Positions 25,027-36,636 of a stretch of 64,000 nucleotides of DNA are shown piece after piece. Source of the stretch: Hydrolagus affinis (taxonomy: Eukaryota); the NCBI GenBank assembly GCA_012026655.1, contig JAAILG010000296.1:1-64000 (forward strand), read 5' to 3'. The notes under the pieces were generated by a model. It saw only the letters and a list, made by a program, of their open reading frames with translations. It was not told the DNA's origin and ran no database searches. Made by a program: the position numbers and the translations under genes. The first letter of the stretch is position 1. The number at the start of each line of letters is the position of its first letter.

Positions 25027-26453
25027 CTAAAAAGGAACAAAAAAAAACGAACGGTTGTAATCATGAAAAGTGTAAGCAATTAACTCCCATATTAATTGCC
25101 AAGAGCGTTGAGACTTCTCATCAATGTGATGAGCCGCTATAGCAAATGCAAGGATTATTTATTACTATTATAGTTTCCATTAATTTATACAATGTCCAAA
25201 TTAAATATGTGAGAAACAGAATTATAAATTTCAGCACAGACAAACTATATAAATGCAGTTGTTGTTGTGTTGTTGCTGAGAATAAATTAAGTCTGTTAAA
25301 ATCTGTTAAAACTGTTTTTTTTGTGTGTCACGGCAATGGAAAGTGTATGAATTCCACTGTTTAGGAGGTTGCAAACTGTTCTTCTAAATGGGGGCACAAA
25401 GTCACGAATTAACCATGACTTGTATTGATGAAGCATCTTATCACGTCAAAATATCTCAAAGTGCGTAACACAAGCAGTTATAGTTGCAGTGCTGCAAGTG
25501 TTACGTGGGCAAACGTGCCACTCAATCAGCCAACACAAACATCCCAACAAATTTTTCGCCCACCAAGTACACAGTCAGTTCACTTTATAGTATATTCTGT
25601 GAAGCGCTTTGTGGCGATGCAACAATATGATAAAGCGTAGTATCAAATGCAAGGATATTATTTATTGTTAAGCAGGGCTCATTTGCTAGCGCATGGAGGA
25701 TAGCCTGGAATAAGAGTTCAAACTCTGTTCCCTTCACTGTGATCTACTACTACACATCCACATGAAAGCTTTAATGATTGGTAATATCTGTACAACAATA
25801 ATAATCTTTCATTATTGATACATTACCTATTACGTCTTTCAATTGTCTCAAAGTGCTTCACAAAATACTGTATACTGTAAAGTGAATTGATGAAACCTTG
25901 GGCAAGTTTCCTTACTCCACATGCCTAATAATAATCCCTCAAAAAATAAAAACAATAATAAATTGGTCACTTCAATCCATGAGTGTTTGTGGGACACTGC
26001 TGTGTGCAATTGGCTGCTGCGTTTCACACACATATATACAGTCAATTCATGTTACAGTATATTCTGTGAAGCTCTTTGAGATGTCTAGAAGACTTGAAAA
26101 GCGCTATATCAAATTAGTATTATTATATACTATAATGTGAATTAACTGTATATTTTATGGACCAAACACAAACTTTTATTCGACCTTCCCACTTCCTCTA
26201 TTCCCACCCTATTTGGGTCGTCACTCTAGGTCAGTGGTGGGCAACCAGTGGCCCCTGGGCTGCCAAAAAGTGGTCCCTGAACATTTGCACTCGTCTAATA
26301 CGTTCCAATCATTTCCAGGTTTTTCTTGTTTGAATATTTCATGGTTTAATGCCAAAAATAAAAAAAATTCACTCCAGAAAATTTATTGTGAGATTTCCCC
26401 ACTGCCGTATAGGTGAAAGATCTCAAATGTAATACTGTAGATCCAATATTAAA

Positions 26454-26660
26454 ATCTTATGAAAATACAATAGGTGAAATCTGATAGTATAATAGCATGA
26501 AAATAAATTAGGTGAAAAATTATAATCTTATGAAAATACAATAGATGAAATATAATAATATGAAAAAAGGTGAAAAATTGAAATCTTATGAAAATAGAAT
26601 GGCTATAATGTTATGAAAATGTAATAGGTGAAATATTATAATATTATGGAGATATAACAG
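26454..26660. repeat. Degenerate ~30 bp AT-rich minisatellite (ATCTTATGAAAATACAATAGGTGAAAT-like)
   Basis: About six imperfect tandem units adjacent to the CD8A CxH exon donor. Confidence 0.7.
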
Positions 26661-26684
26661 GAGAAAGCAAACACACACACCGAC

Positions 26685-26724
26685 CTCTTTCGGAATTGGT
26701 GTTGACAGCGTCTCCTGCGAGGTT
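26685..26724 (-). CDS. CD8A: CD8A cytoplasmic exon, KPRRRRCQHQFRK(R), with CxH motif
   Basis: Acceptor TTTCCTCTCCGCAG (AG 26726-26725), donor GTCGGT at 26684; 40 bp, phase 1 to 2. Confidence 0.9.
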
Positions 26725-26848
26725 CTGCGGAGAGGAAACATCTCCATGTTAGCCACACACTGACCACTGCACAATGTCACAAGTAACAACAATTGTATTG
26801 TTAAATATGTGATAATATATTTGGAAAATATCAACGCTGGCATCTTAC

Positions 26849-26959
26849 TTTTGCAGTACATGATGGAAACGGCGGCTAGAATGACTAGCAACAGGGAGAC
26901 GCCTCCTGTCAGAGGCACCCAGATGTAGAAGTCGCAGGACCATGCATCAGTTGTAGTCA
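26849..26959 (-). CDS. CD8A: CD8A transmembrane exon, TTTDAWSCDFYIWVPLTGGVSLLLVILAAVSIMYCK
   Basis: AG 26961-26960, GTAAGA at 26848; 111 bp; CDxYIWxPL is the CD8alpha signature. Confidence 0.95.
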
Positions 26960-26984
26960 CTAGTTACAAAAAAATACGAACCTG

Positions 26985-27023
<39 letters not shown>

Positions 27024-27203
27024 GTCAGTCAGTCAGTCACTCAGTCAATCAGTTAATGAACCTGTCGATCAATCAATCAATGAAACTCAATCAATCAGCC
27101 AGTCTGTCTGTCAATCAGTCAATTAATCAATGAGTAAAATCTGCTAATCAATTTTGATCAATTAATCAACCGATCAATCACTTAATCAATCGATTTAATC
27201 AAT
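26985..27203. repeat. (TCAA)n / (TCAG)n tetranucleotide microsatellite, degenerating
   Basis: Directly visible tandem TCAA array. Confidence 0.9.
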
Positions 27204-28555
27204 ACAGTGGAAGGAATTCGCCCCTTGTGATGTCAGCCACACACTCGACTCAACTTCACATCAAATACCGTTTGAATCTTTTCATTATTGTCATTAATAA
27301 TAATAATATATTAAACTATTTTCAATGTTGAAAATAATCCCCCAAAATACTATTTTATGCAACAAGTTAAAAATGATGCCTTTTTAAAAAAAAAGAACAA
27401 CAGGAAAAAAAATTAAACCAGAGAAAAATGATCTATTGAAGGAAATTCACAAACACATTGGTGAGGGAGCTCTCCCTGTGTTTGTCTGTGTCTCTCTCCT
27501 CAATGTCCTGCTATCCATACCAACAATGAGCCAGGAAATTGTTGGTGCTAAAGTGCATTGTACCCGATGTATAATTCGTTTTAAAAAAATCTTAAGTCTT
27601 AAAGTTATTAATGTACATTCCCCCCAAAACTGTTCTTTCAATTTTGTTATATATGTATATATTTTAAAAATCGTTCGCTCTTAAGGTCGACTCTTGGGTG
27701 ATTAAAGGCAAGACTTGACGAGAGAGAGAGAAAAACAGATAGACAGAAATTCTTTCCTATTTATATAAATATGTATCATGTATATCAAAATACATATTTA
27801 TATATTGAATCAATTTTAAAATATTTTATATCAAAATAAATATTTTAATATATCATTTTAAATATATATTATATCAATTTTTAAATATATTACTTTTTTA
27901 ATGTTATACCAAAATAAATACTTATTATTTGATAAATATATATTGTATAAAAATACTGTAAATATCAAAATATTATCACATATCTGACATCCTGGAGAGT
28001 TCAGAGCTACTTGCTCACTTGACTCAATTTCTAGACAAAATTCTGGTTGTGATTTAATCAGTGTATTGATATCTTTAATACCAATTTTGGTATGTTTTGA
28101 TCTAATATATTTTGATATAAATATGTTGGTCTTTTGATATTTATTTTATGCAACACAGGTTGGTGTTTTGATCTAAAAATGTACTATACCGATATAAATA
28201 TCATAAAATGGCATAAAAATATCAATGTACGATCAAATCATAACCAAAAATGGAATGCAAACAAAGAAATATATATATTGAGTCTGACAATGTGGAAGCC
28301 TATACATTACATACATTGTATATAATTGTCAGTTACATATATTGCAGAGGTTTGCATTATATAGACATCTATGCATTTTATAATATTCCTATACATTACA
28401 AAAGTACTCGCTGAAACTCCTTGCACCTTTTTTCAATTATTACTTTTTAAAACAAAACAAAAAATATAATTAGAAACAGACGGGTAAACACTGAAGCATT
28501 TGTTCAATACTATTAATCTGTGATCCAGCCCTGTTAACATTAGTGTTGTTCATGA

Positions 28556-28912
28556 ACACACAAGTACACAGATATAGACACACACAGACACAGATATACA
28601 GATACACACACTGAGACACAGAAATGGACACATACACAGGTACACACACACACACATAAAGGCAAATATACAGATACATGCACATACACACATAGAGACA
28701 AATACAATTAGACGCACAATTACATACACGCATATATATACACACAGACAAATACAATTACACACACACGCACAGGCAAATACACAGATATATACACACA
28801 CAGAGACAAATATAATTACAGACACACATACACAATTACAGACACATACGCATATGTACACAAAACCCCACAATTACAGACACACATTCACAGACAATAC
28901 ACACGTAGACAC
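28556..28912. repeat. Compound (CA)n / ACACAG low-complexity repeat
   Basis: Directly visible; source of spurious V/C-rich ORFs at 28470-28873. Confidence 0.9.
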
Positions 28913-29036
28913 AGGTGATAGTGTAGACAAAGGTTGTGCGCTGGGTAGTAATGCTGTAAAGACTGTCAAGTTGTTCTTTTCTTACGGATAACCACTGAGG
29001 ATGGGATTGTGAATCTATTACTATAACCTTCTGTAC

Positions 29037-29135
29037 CTTTGCTGCGAGAGGAAGAGGTTGTTGATATCTGTGGAGCCTCAGTTGTCTTTGAGGGCAGCTT
29101 GGTGGTTGTAACTTTTGTAGAGGTGGTTGTAACTT
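29037..29135 (-). CDS. CD8A: CD8A stalk exon, EVTTTSTKVTTTKLPSKTTEAPQISTTSSSRSK (3' end may extend to 28986)
   Basis: AG 29137-29136 after a (GTCT)n tract; S/T/P-rich O-glycosylation-type stalk; in-phase donors at 29036 (GTACAG) and 28985 (GTAAGA), cannot choose from sequence alone. Confidence 0.8.
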
Positions 29136-29989
29136 CTGTGTTGGGGCAGACAGACAGACAGACAGACATGTAAACAGATAGAAGTCACTGTCAGGTGGGA
29201 TTGTTTAACAATGCGCCAAATCGAGTTAAAACAACAATAAGCCTTGCGTTTGTTCGGCCGCCTTTCATGTTTGGAGCACTTATGCAAAGGTTTCACATGG
29301 CAGCTGTTTTGAAAAAAAGTTGTCATATAATAATAATACTAGTCATAATTTGGTCCCTCAATCCGTGACTGTTTGTGGGACACTGCTGTGTGCAATTGGC
29401 ACTGCTGTGTTTTCACCCACAAAATATACAGTCAATTTACTTTATAGTATATTCTGAAGTGCTTTGAGACCTCCCAAAGATGTGTCAAAGGCTATATCAA
29501 ATGCAAGGATTATTATTATTATTGTCATAAAAACTCCAATATTGTAGGAGTCACCAAATAGTAAATTTGCTGCCCATCAAAGTCCCATACACAACCACGA
29601 TGGTGAAGTAAATTTAAGTGGAGAATCTAATCACATTCTCTACACAATATATAATATAATATGTGATATAGTATTTTAAATAAAATTTGTCGCTCGCTCC
29701 AAGGGACATTATTGTGTACAAACTGAAAGTGGCTGCCCCGATTCACCCTCAAAATACAGTATACCCCACTATACACTCTGTCCTGCAAAGTGCTTTGAGA
29801 CATCTTGACACCATGATAAGACGCTATATCAAATGCAAGGATTACTCTTATTATAATATGATATAATATACATGCTATATCATATGTCATAATATGTATA
29901 GCATATATTGTATGATATAGTATTTAATCAAACAGTAATCAATTATAATATCATATATCATAGATAATAACAATCCTTGCATTTGATGC

Positions 29990-30353
29990 ATTCAAACCAT
30001 ATTTTTTGGTTCCAGTAAAACGTTAATAAGATAATATGCAGCATTCACCGTACGTGGTTTATAATATATTGTACTATATTATGTTTTATATAATAATAAT
30101 CTTTGCATTTTTTAACGTTGTACGCCTTATTATGTCGATTTTGCCCACACATTAAAACATACAAAGATAATAATATAATAATAATCTTTGCATTTTTTAA
30201 CATTGTGGGCAAAATCGACATACAACATTAAAAAATGCAAAGATTATTATTATATAAAACATAATGTGGTACAATATATTATAAACCACGCACGGTGAAT
30301 GCTGCATATTATCTTATTAACGTTTTACTGGAACCAAAAAATATGGTTTGAAT
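29990..30353. repeat. Long nested inverted repeat (131 bp arms plus 19 bp inner stem)
   Basis: 29990-30120 is the reverse complement of 30223-30353 with 4 mismatches; 30131-30149 pairs perfectly with 30204-30222. Confidence 0.95.
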
Positions 30354-30769
30354 TTGTATAGCGCCGTTCACAAGGGGAATGAAGTCTCAAATATATTCCG
30401 ATTGTCCCTTAACATGTTTATTTTAGTTTGGGTGTTTCCAGTATCCCAATTATTATTATTTTTTATTATATATGATATCATACAACATATATTGTATAAT
30501 AAAAATAATAATAATAAATGGGATCCTGGAATAATCAAAACTAGATTAAATAAATTTCACCCATAAAATGTAAATTCACACCAAAGTGCTTTGAGATGTC
30601 TCAATGACATAATAAGGTACTATTTCAATGAAAGGATTATTATGTTATTAACAAACATTTGGAAAAAATAATAATGTATTAATACTAAACACTGAGAATA
30701 AATAATAATTTTTTTTGCATTTGATAACAATCCTTACATTAGAAATACTTGTTGGATTATAATAATAAT

Positions 30770-31075
30770 AATAATCCTTGCATTGATATAGCGCTTTTCA
30801 CATCTTATTGACGTCTCAAAGCGCTTCACAAAATATACTGTAAAGTCAATATTTGTGAGCGATACACAATAGCCAATTGCATACAGCAGTGTCCCACAAA
30901 CAGTCATGGATCGAAATGACCAATTTTTATTATTCTGTTTTTTTTTGACGGATTATTATTAGGTGTAGAGTAAGGAAACTTGCCAAAGGTTTTGCCCTGA
31001 TCTGTCTGGATTTGAACACAGGTCTCACGCTTGTATGGCGAGTGCTCTAACCACTGAGCTACAGGACCTCCACAT
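30770..31075 (-). mobile_element. Full-length tRNA-headed SINE, short variant
   Basis: Reverse complement of the 36313-36665 element from (TTA)n tail to Box A/Box B head. Confidence 0.85.
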
Positions 31076-31409
31076 ATCCTTGCATTTGAAATAGTGCCTT
31101 ATCACATCTTTGAGATATCTCAAAGTGATTCACAGAATATACTGTAAAATGATTTTTTTTGCAGAAACATAGCAGCCAATTACAAACTATTGTGGATTTA
31201 GTGCAAATTATTAATATTATTATATTTTAAAGGTATTATTACCCCTGGAAAAGTGATCTGCCAATCGACTAACAACCAGGTTCCTACTTACTACAGTACT
31301 AGGCAAACAAATGCATGTGGAGTAAGGAAAGTTTCCCAGCATTTTGTCTCTGGGAATCAAACCTAGGTCCACTCACTTGCGAGGGGAGTTCTCTCTGTGT
31401 GCAGTTGTT

Positions 31410-31642
31410 AGTGTTCAGTGTATAGTGCAGTATCTCTGTGCTCAGGTATTAGTGTTCATAATAATATATAAGAATGGTAATCCTTGAATTTGATATTGCG
31501 CTTTTCTCATCTTCTATACGTCTCAAAAGGGCTTCACAGAATATACTGTAAAGTGAGTTGACTGTATATTTGTGGAGTATATAGTGGAGTGTCTCTGTGC
31601 TCAGGTATTAGTGTTCAGTGTATAGTGGAGTGTCTCTGTGCT
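31410..31642. repeat. 41 bp minisatellite (AGTGTTCAGTGTATAGTGGAGTGTCTCTGTGCTCAGGTATT) split by a SINE fragment
   Basis: Units at 31410-31450, 31580-31609, 31610-31642; SINE piece at about 31460-31575. Confidence 0.8.
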
Positions 31643-31649
31643 AACTCAC

Positions 31650-31949
31650 CAGGTAAGGAATATTCTTGAACTTTTCCAAACCTCAACATGGAGTTCTGCA
31701 GTGCCAAACAGAAATATTTCCCAGTATCTTCCTTGGTAAATTTGAGAATGTTGAGGGTCGTGGTTCTAGATGAAACTGTAGCCTTGAAGTTACTATTCTT
31801 AGTTTTGACTTTCCCAGTGGCTGAAATATAGAGTAGGAACACCGGCTCATGACCTGCCCTCTGTCTGAACCAGTAAAAGCCCCCATCCTCTTTCAGTGTA
31901 CACTTCACATTCACAATTCCCCCTTCCTGGATGGTCTCTTGGTAGGTTG
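31650..31949 (-). CDS. CD8A: CD8A Ig V-set exon, ATYQETIQEGGIVNVKC...FYWFRQ...EDTGKYFCLALQNSMLRFGKVQEYSLP
   Basis: AG 31951-31950, GTGAGT at 31649; 300 bp, phase 1-1; canonical B-strand Cys, C-strand Trp, DxGxYxC. Confidence 0.95.
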
Positions 31950-32445
31950 CTGAAATAAGAACGAAAAGAGAGAAAAAAAAATTACCCTTTAAACCAGAGC
32001 TTTAGATTTCTTTAAAGTTTCAAGTTTTGTTGCATCTAACATATACATTACATACATTATATACATACATTACATACAGTTAAAGCACAAAACTCGGCCC
32101 ATCAACTTCACAACATGACTCAAAGGGAAAACAGAATACTGTATATTGGATCATATTCCAATAAACACATTAGTTAGATTATTTAAGATTATTGCAGAAT
32201 TTGCAAGAGGAGGTTGGGAGAATGGGGTGGGGGTGGGAGAAGATGGGCTGGTTCAGGACTTATGCCTATATTGACCCATTGATTAATCAATTGATGGATC
32301 AACAACAACAACAACAAAGTTACACTTATAGAGCGCCTTTCACATTGGGAGGATGTCCCAAGGCGCTGAACAGTCAGGTCGATCCACACACAAAAAAAAG
32401 TCATCTGCAACAAGCAAATGACTTGTTTGCTTGTCAGTGTGTTAC

Positions 32446-32494
32446 CCCAGGTGAGAGCCATCAGCCACAGGAATCCCAGGAGAAGTCTCGCCAT
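32446..32494 (-). CDS. CD8A: CD8A signal-peptide exon, MARLLLGFLWLMALTW
   Basis: ATG 32494-32492, donor GTAACA at 32445; 49 bp, phase 1; hydrophobic leader; an AG acceptor lies immediately 5' of the ATG. Confidence 0.9.
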
Positions 32495-32675
32495 CTGCAA
32501 GGAGAGGGAACCCAGAGAGAGTCCAATCTGTGCAAGCTGCAGTGTGACTTGTGAGTTGTGTGCGAATTGTCTGCAGTAACTTCTTACCCCACAGTGACAA
32601 CTCAGGACGTGAGCTCATAGGCAGGCAGTGGGTGGCGGGGAGAATAACCAGGGGCTGCAAGCTCCAGGGGCTTAC

Positions 32676-32900
32676 TGTTGAAAGACAGATGCTTACTAGT
32701 CATTGTATGTACAGTATTCCATCTCTCCACAAACAGGGGAAGTGAGTACTTGACCACTCAGAATTTGTCAGGAGAGAGAGTGGGAAAGATGAAGAGAGAA
32801 AGGGGTGGGGTGAGTGTGAGTGGGTGAAGAAATAAGGTTCACTGAAGAGGTGAGAAGGGTAAGATGTGATGGTGTGGATGGAATGGATCTCTGTGTTGAT
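32676..32900 (-). promoter_or_regulatory. Candidate CD8A 5' non-coding exon and proximal promoter
   Basis: GTAAGC donors at 32675 and 32696; ETS-like CAGGGGAAGT 32734-32743; Runx-like GACCAC 32752-32757; purine/pyrimidine-biased tract; TSS not determinable. Confidence 0.4.
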
Positions 32901-34493
32901 ATTTAATGACAGAAAATGAATAACAGAAACAGCACAGAAGAGGACTTAGAAACCTGCAAAGCAATTGGTGGATATCCAAAGCGGATTTTGAAACAAATAG
33001 CACTTTACCTCGAGTATTTATATTTATTATTAATAATAAACATAGGTTATAAATAATAATCATTGTATTTGATAAACAATCTCACCTCCGTTATTTAGTT
33101 ATTATTAATAATTCTGCTACATTCTGAAATTTCATGTTAATCAAACACATCTAAATCCTAGTGGAATATCAACCATTTTCTACCCCCACCCCCTGGAACG
33201 CCATCCTGGTGCCCCTCCTCTTCCTCAGCCCCTCCCTTGCCTCCTTCAAAGCCAGTCTGAAGACCTTCCTCTTCAACCGTGCCTTTGTTCACTCTCCCTC
33301 CCCCACCCCCTTCCCTGCAGCTCTCTTGATTCAACCCTTGATTCAACCCAAGCTTGGATGCAACCCTTTCACTGTCCAACGCCTTGGAAGTCTCCTAATG
33401 TGAAAGACTTGGTATAAGTGCAAGTTGTTGTTGGGTGCATTGGTAAGCCTGTGTCTGGGAGTTTGGAACAATTTGCATTCAGACAGTTACCTGGTATGTT
33501 CTCATGTAGAATCTGGCTGAGGATGTAACACCACAAACTCTTCTATCAAGCGTGTGCTCCTTCAGAGCCTCGTGATGTCCTCCCGATGTGAGTGAAGCTT
33601 CACTAATGCAATTGTGTTGCTGTTGTTCAGGTTGCCAGACCAATCGTTATTGATGCGCATACAGTGGCTGTATTATTCATTCACTCTCTGGCACCTCCCT
33701 ATCTCTCTGACCACCTAACTCCCAATTCCACCACCCGGCGTCTCTGCTTGACTGGCACCGGCCTCCTGCTTGACCCTCATAACCTCCGCCTCCGCCACCC
33801 TTGACTCCAAGCCGGGGGGTGTGGAGCGGGGAACTATTTGGCCGTAAGCACCGCCGCCTTGCCCCTTCTCCCCACGTCTTTCAAGTCCCACCTGAAAGTG
33901 TTCCTCTTCAACCATGCTTACGGCCAACTAGCTCTCCTCTCCCCGCCCCCAAACCCCCCCGGCTTGGAGTCAGGCTCTGAGACGCTATCCTGCATTGGAG
34001 GGAGCTTTATAAATGCAAGTGGTTGTTGTTATTGTTGTGAAACTTCCTAGTTTTAGTAAAAACAAAATATAGATTTTCGAAACAAAGTTGTCATAAAACA
34101 AAAGCCAGCACATGTGAAACATCTGTCTAACATTTACAGTCATGGAAACAACAAATATGATGGAAAGTCTTGGTTAAGACAATAGGAAATTTGTGTTGTT
34201 ATGGAGAAAGTGGTTTTATGAAGTCACGACCATTCTCTTTGAGGTTAACAGCCTGTGGACACAGCCTGTGACATCGTATACAACATATGACAAAGAGGCC
34301 TTGCCGAATAAGGCATATTTTAATGGGGGGGGCGGGGAGGTGGGGGGGGGGAGCGAGACACAGCGAGCGAGAGAAGAGGGATAAACCACACTCTCACAAT
34401 TTTTTTTTAGTGTTTTGCTTCTGCACCTCTTCTGCACACACTGTAACAAAACACCATTTGCAGCATTTTGCTTTATATATAATGTGTTTTAAT

Positions 34494-34953
34494 CAGCGAC
34501 GTGCGGTGGGTAGAATGACAGGGTAGGCGCTTCCCTCAGTCAAAGCAGGCTCTGCCTTTTCCCCAATCATTTTTTCCGCAAATACTCGTGTGCAGAGATG
34601 GCATTTTTTAATGTGATCTGATTGCAATTGGTAGAAATAGGAAAGGCTGCGGCAACTTGCGCCTACTTCACCCGTTATTGAGACACTGAGAAAGGAACGC
34701 ACTTGCGCATCAGAACTACATTCAACTCAATGGGTAAAAAAGGCACTGCGTCTCCCTGCCTTTCTGTTGCTTTTAAGGTAGGCATATAAAATCGCAATTA
34801 AATAATTTTGGTAGTTTCTACTAAAAATCATTTGCATTATGTAAAATGTGCATTGTAAAAATATAAACCATTAAATAATCATCTACAATTTTAAGTTTTT
34901 ATTTTCATAAGGTAGGCACTGTCTACCCTGCCTACCTTGACTGCATGTCCATG
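34494..34953. mobile_element. Non-autonomous hAT-like DNA transposon (MITE), 460 bp
   Basis: Perfect 8 bp target-site duplication GTTTTAAT (34486-34493 and 34954-34961); imperfect TIRs CAGCGACGTGCGGT versus reverse complement CATGGACATGCAGT. Confidence 0.8.
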
Positions 34954-36312
34954 GTTTTAATGTCACACCGATCTTTGTTTCCCTGCCCGTACAATGTGGT
35001 TTCATGTTGTTTTCTAGTTGGGAAGTACAGTATATGGATTTGCATTGAGATACATATTTATCTTATTTGACAAATCAAAATTATCCTTGCATTTGATATG
35101 GTGCCTCATCACATTCTCTAGACATCTCAAAGCGTTTCACAGAATACACTGTAATGTGAATTGACTATATTTTGTGGGCAAAATGTGGCAACCAATTGTG
35201 GGCAAAACGTGGCAAGCATATCCCTCGAACAGTTGTGGATTGAATGACCAAATGTTTTGAAAGGGATTATCAACCCCGGAAAGCGATCCGTCAATTGACA
35301 AAAAAGAAGCGTTCCTACGTACTAAGCTAGGTAATCAGAGGCATGTGGACTAAGGACACCAGCCTAAGGTTTTGCCCTGCCTGGGAATCAAACCCTGGTC
35401 ATCTTGCTTGCAAGGCAAATGCTTTATAAGTTGATATGAAAAATCAATGGAGCCTACTTTAGCAATACGGGAGCCAAAGTTAAACACATTTAAATGTGTA
35501 ATAATTAACAAAAGAGGACCGTGTTTTGACACTAGCATTGCTTAATACTCTGAACTCAGTATTAGGTTATTATTCAGCGCATCATCAATTCATTTGATGA
35601 TGTATTTCAGGCGGACATTAAAGATTCCATCTATTTAAGGTTTTTTTTCATCTCATTCTGGCCAAGAATTCCCCTGACAAAATTGGTAATTCATTTCTTT
35701 GCTGTTTATGGGACACTGCTGTCCCATATGGGACAGTGTCTGCTACAATGGCTGCTACATTTCGTCCACACAACACCCAGGAAACCACTTTAGTGGTTTC
35801 AACTACCCTTCACAGTAGTTCCTGTGAAGGACTTTTGAGATAACGTCTCAAAGAAGTGATAAGGCATTATATCAAATGCGAGGATTATTATAATGATGAG
35901 AAGTACGATTGTGAAAGACAGAAGTTAACTTCATTCTGTACCATATTTGTTTAGCTGTGAAGCACGGACTGCTGTACATCCATAAATTGAATACAGTACA
36001 ATTTACATTTACACAGCACCTTTCGCATCAGGAAGATGTTTCAGGTCCCTGGGTGGGCACTCTGTTATGGGAGCTGAGGGGCGAAGGAGGGATGGGGGGG
36101 CAGCAGAGTGTTTAGAGGGCAAGGAAACTATTTGAAACAATAGTCTCAGATCAAGAAAAACACATTCAGTCTAGTATTTATATTAGTTATTGAACTTCTG
36201 GAAAAAATGATTTTTCACTCGTAATAAGGAGTCCTTAGGTGCCGAACCGTCAGGTCGGGACCTGAGCAACAATAACAACAACAAAATTACACTTGTAAAG
36301 CGCCTTTCCTGT

Positions 36313-36636
36313 GGAGCTTCTGTGGCTCAGTGGTTAGAGCACTTGTCTTGCAAGCTGGGGAGACCAAGCTGGGGAGACCTGTGTTTGAATCCAGGCAGGT
36401 CAGGGCGAAACCTTGGGCAAGTTTCCTTACTCCACATGCCTAATAATAATCTCTAAAAAAAACACAACAATAAAATTGGTCATTTCAATCCATAACTGTG
36501 TGTGGGAAACTGCTGTGCGCAATTGGCTGCCACGTTTTTGCCCACAAATATACACAGTCAATTCACTTTACAGTATATTCTGTGAAGCACTTTGGGACGT
36601 TGATAAGATATGGAAAGCGCTATATCAAATGCAAGG

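Noticed and set aside
28470-28873. Cys/Val-rich ORFs
   Set aside because: Translation of a (CA)n-type microsatellite
26454-31642. CRISPR-like arrays from short regularly spaced repeats
   Set aside because: Eukaryotic intronic tandem repeats without unique spacers; no cas genes
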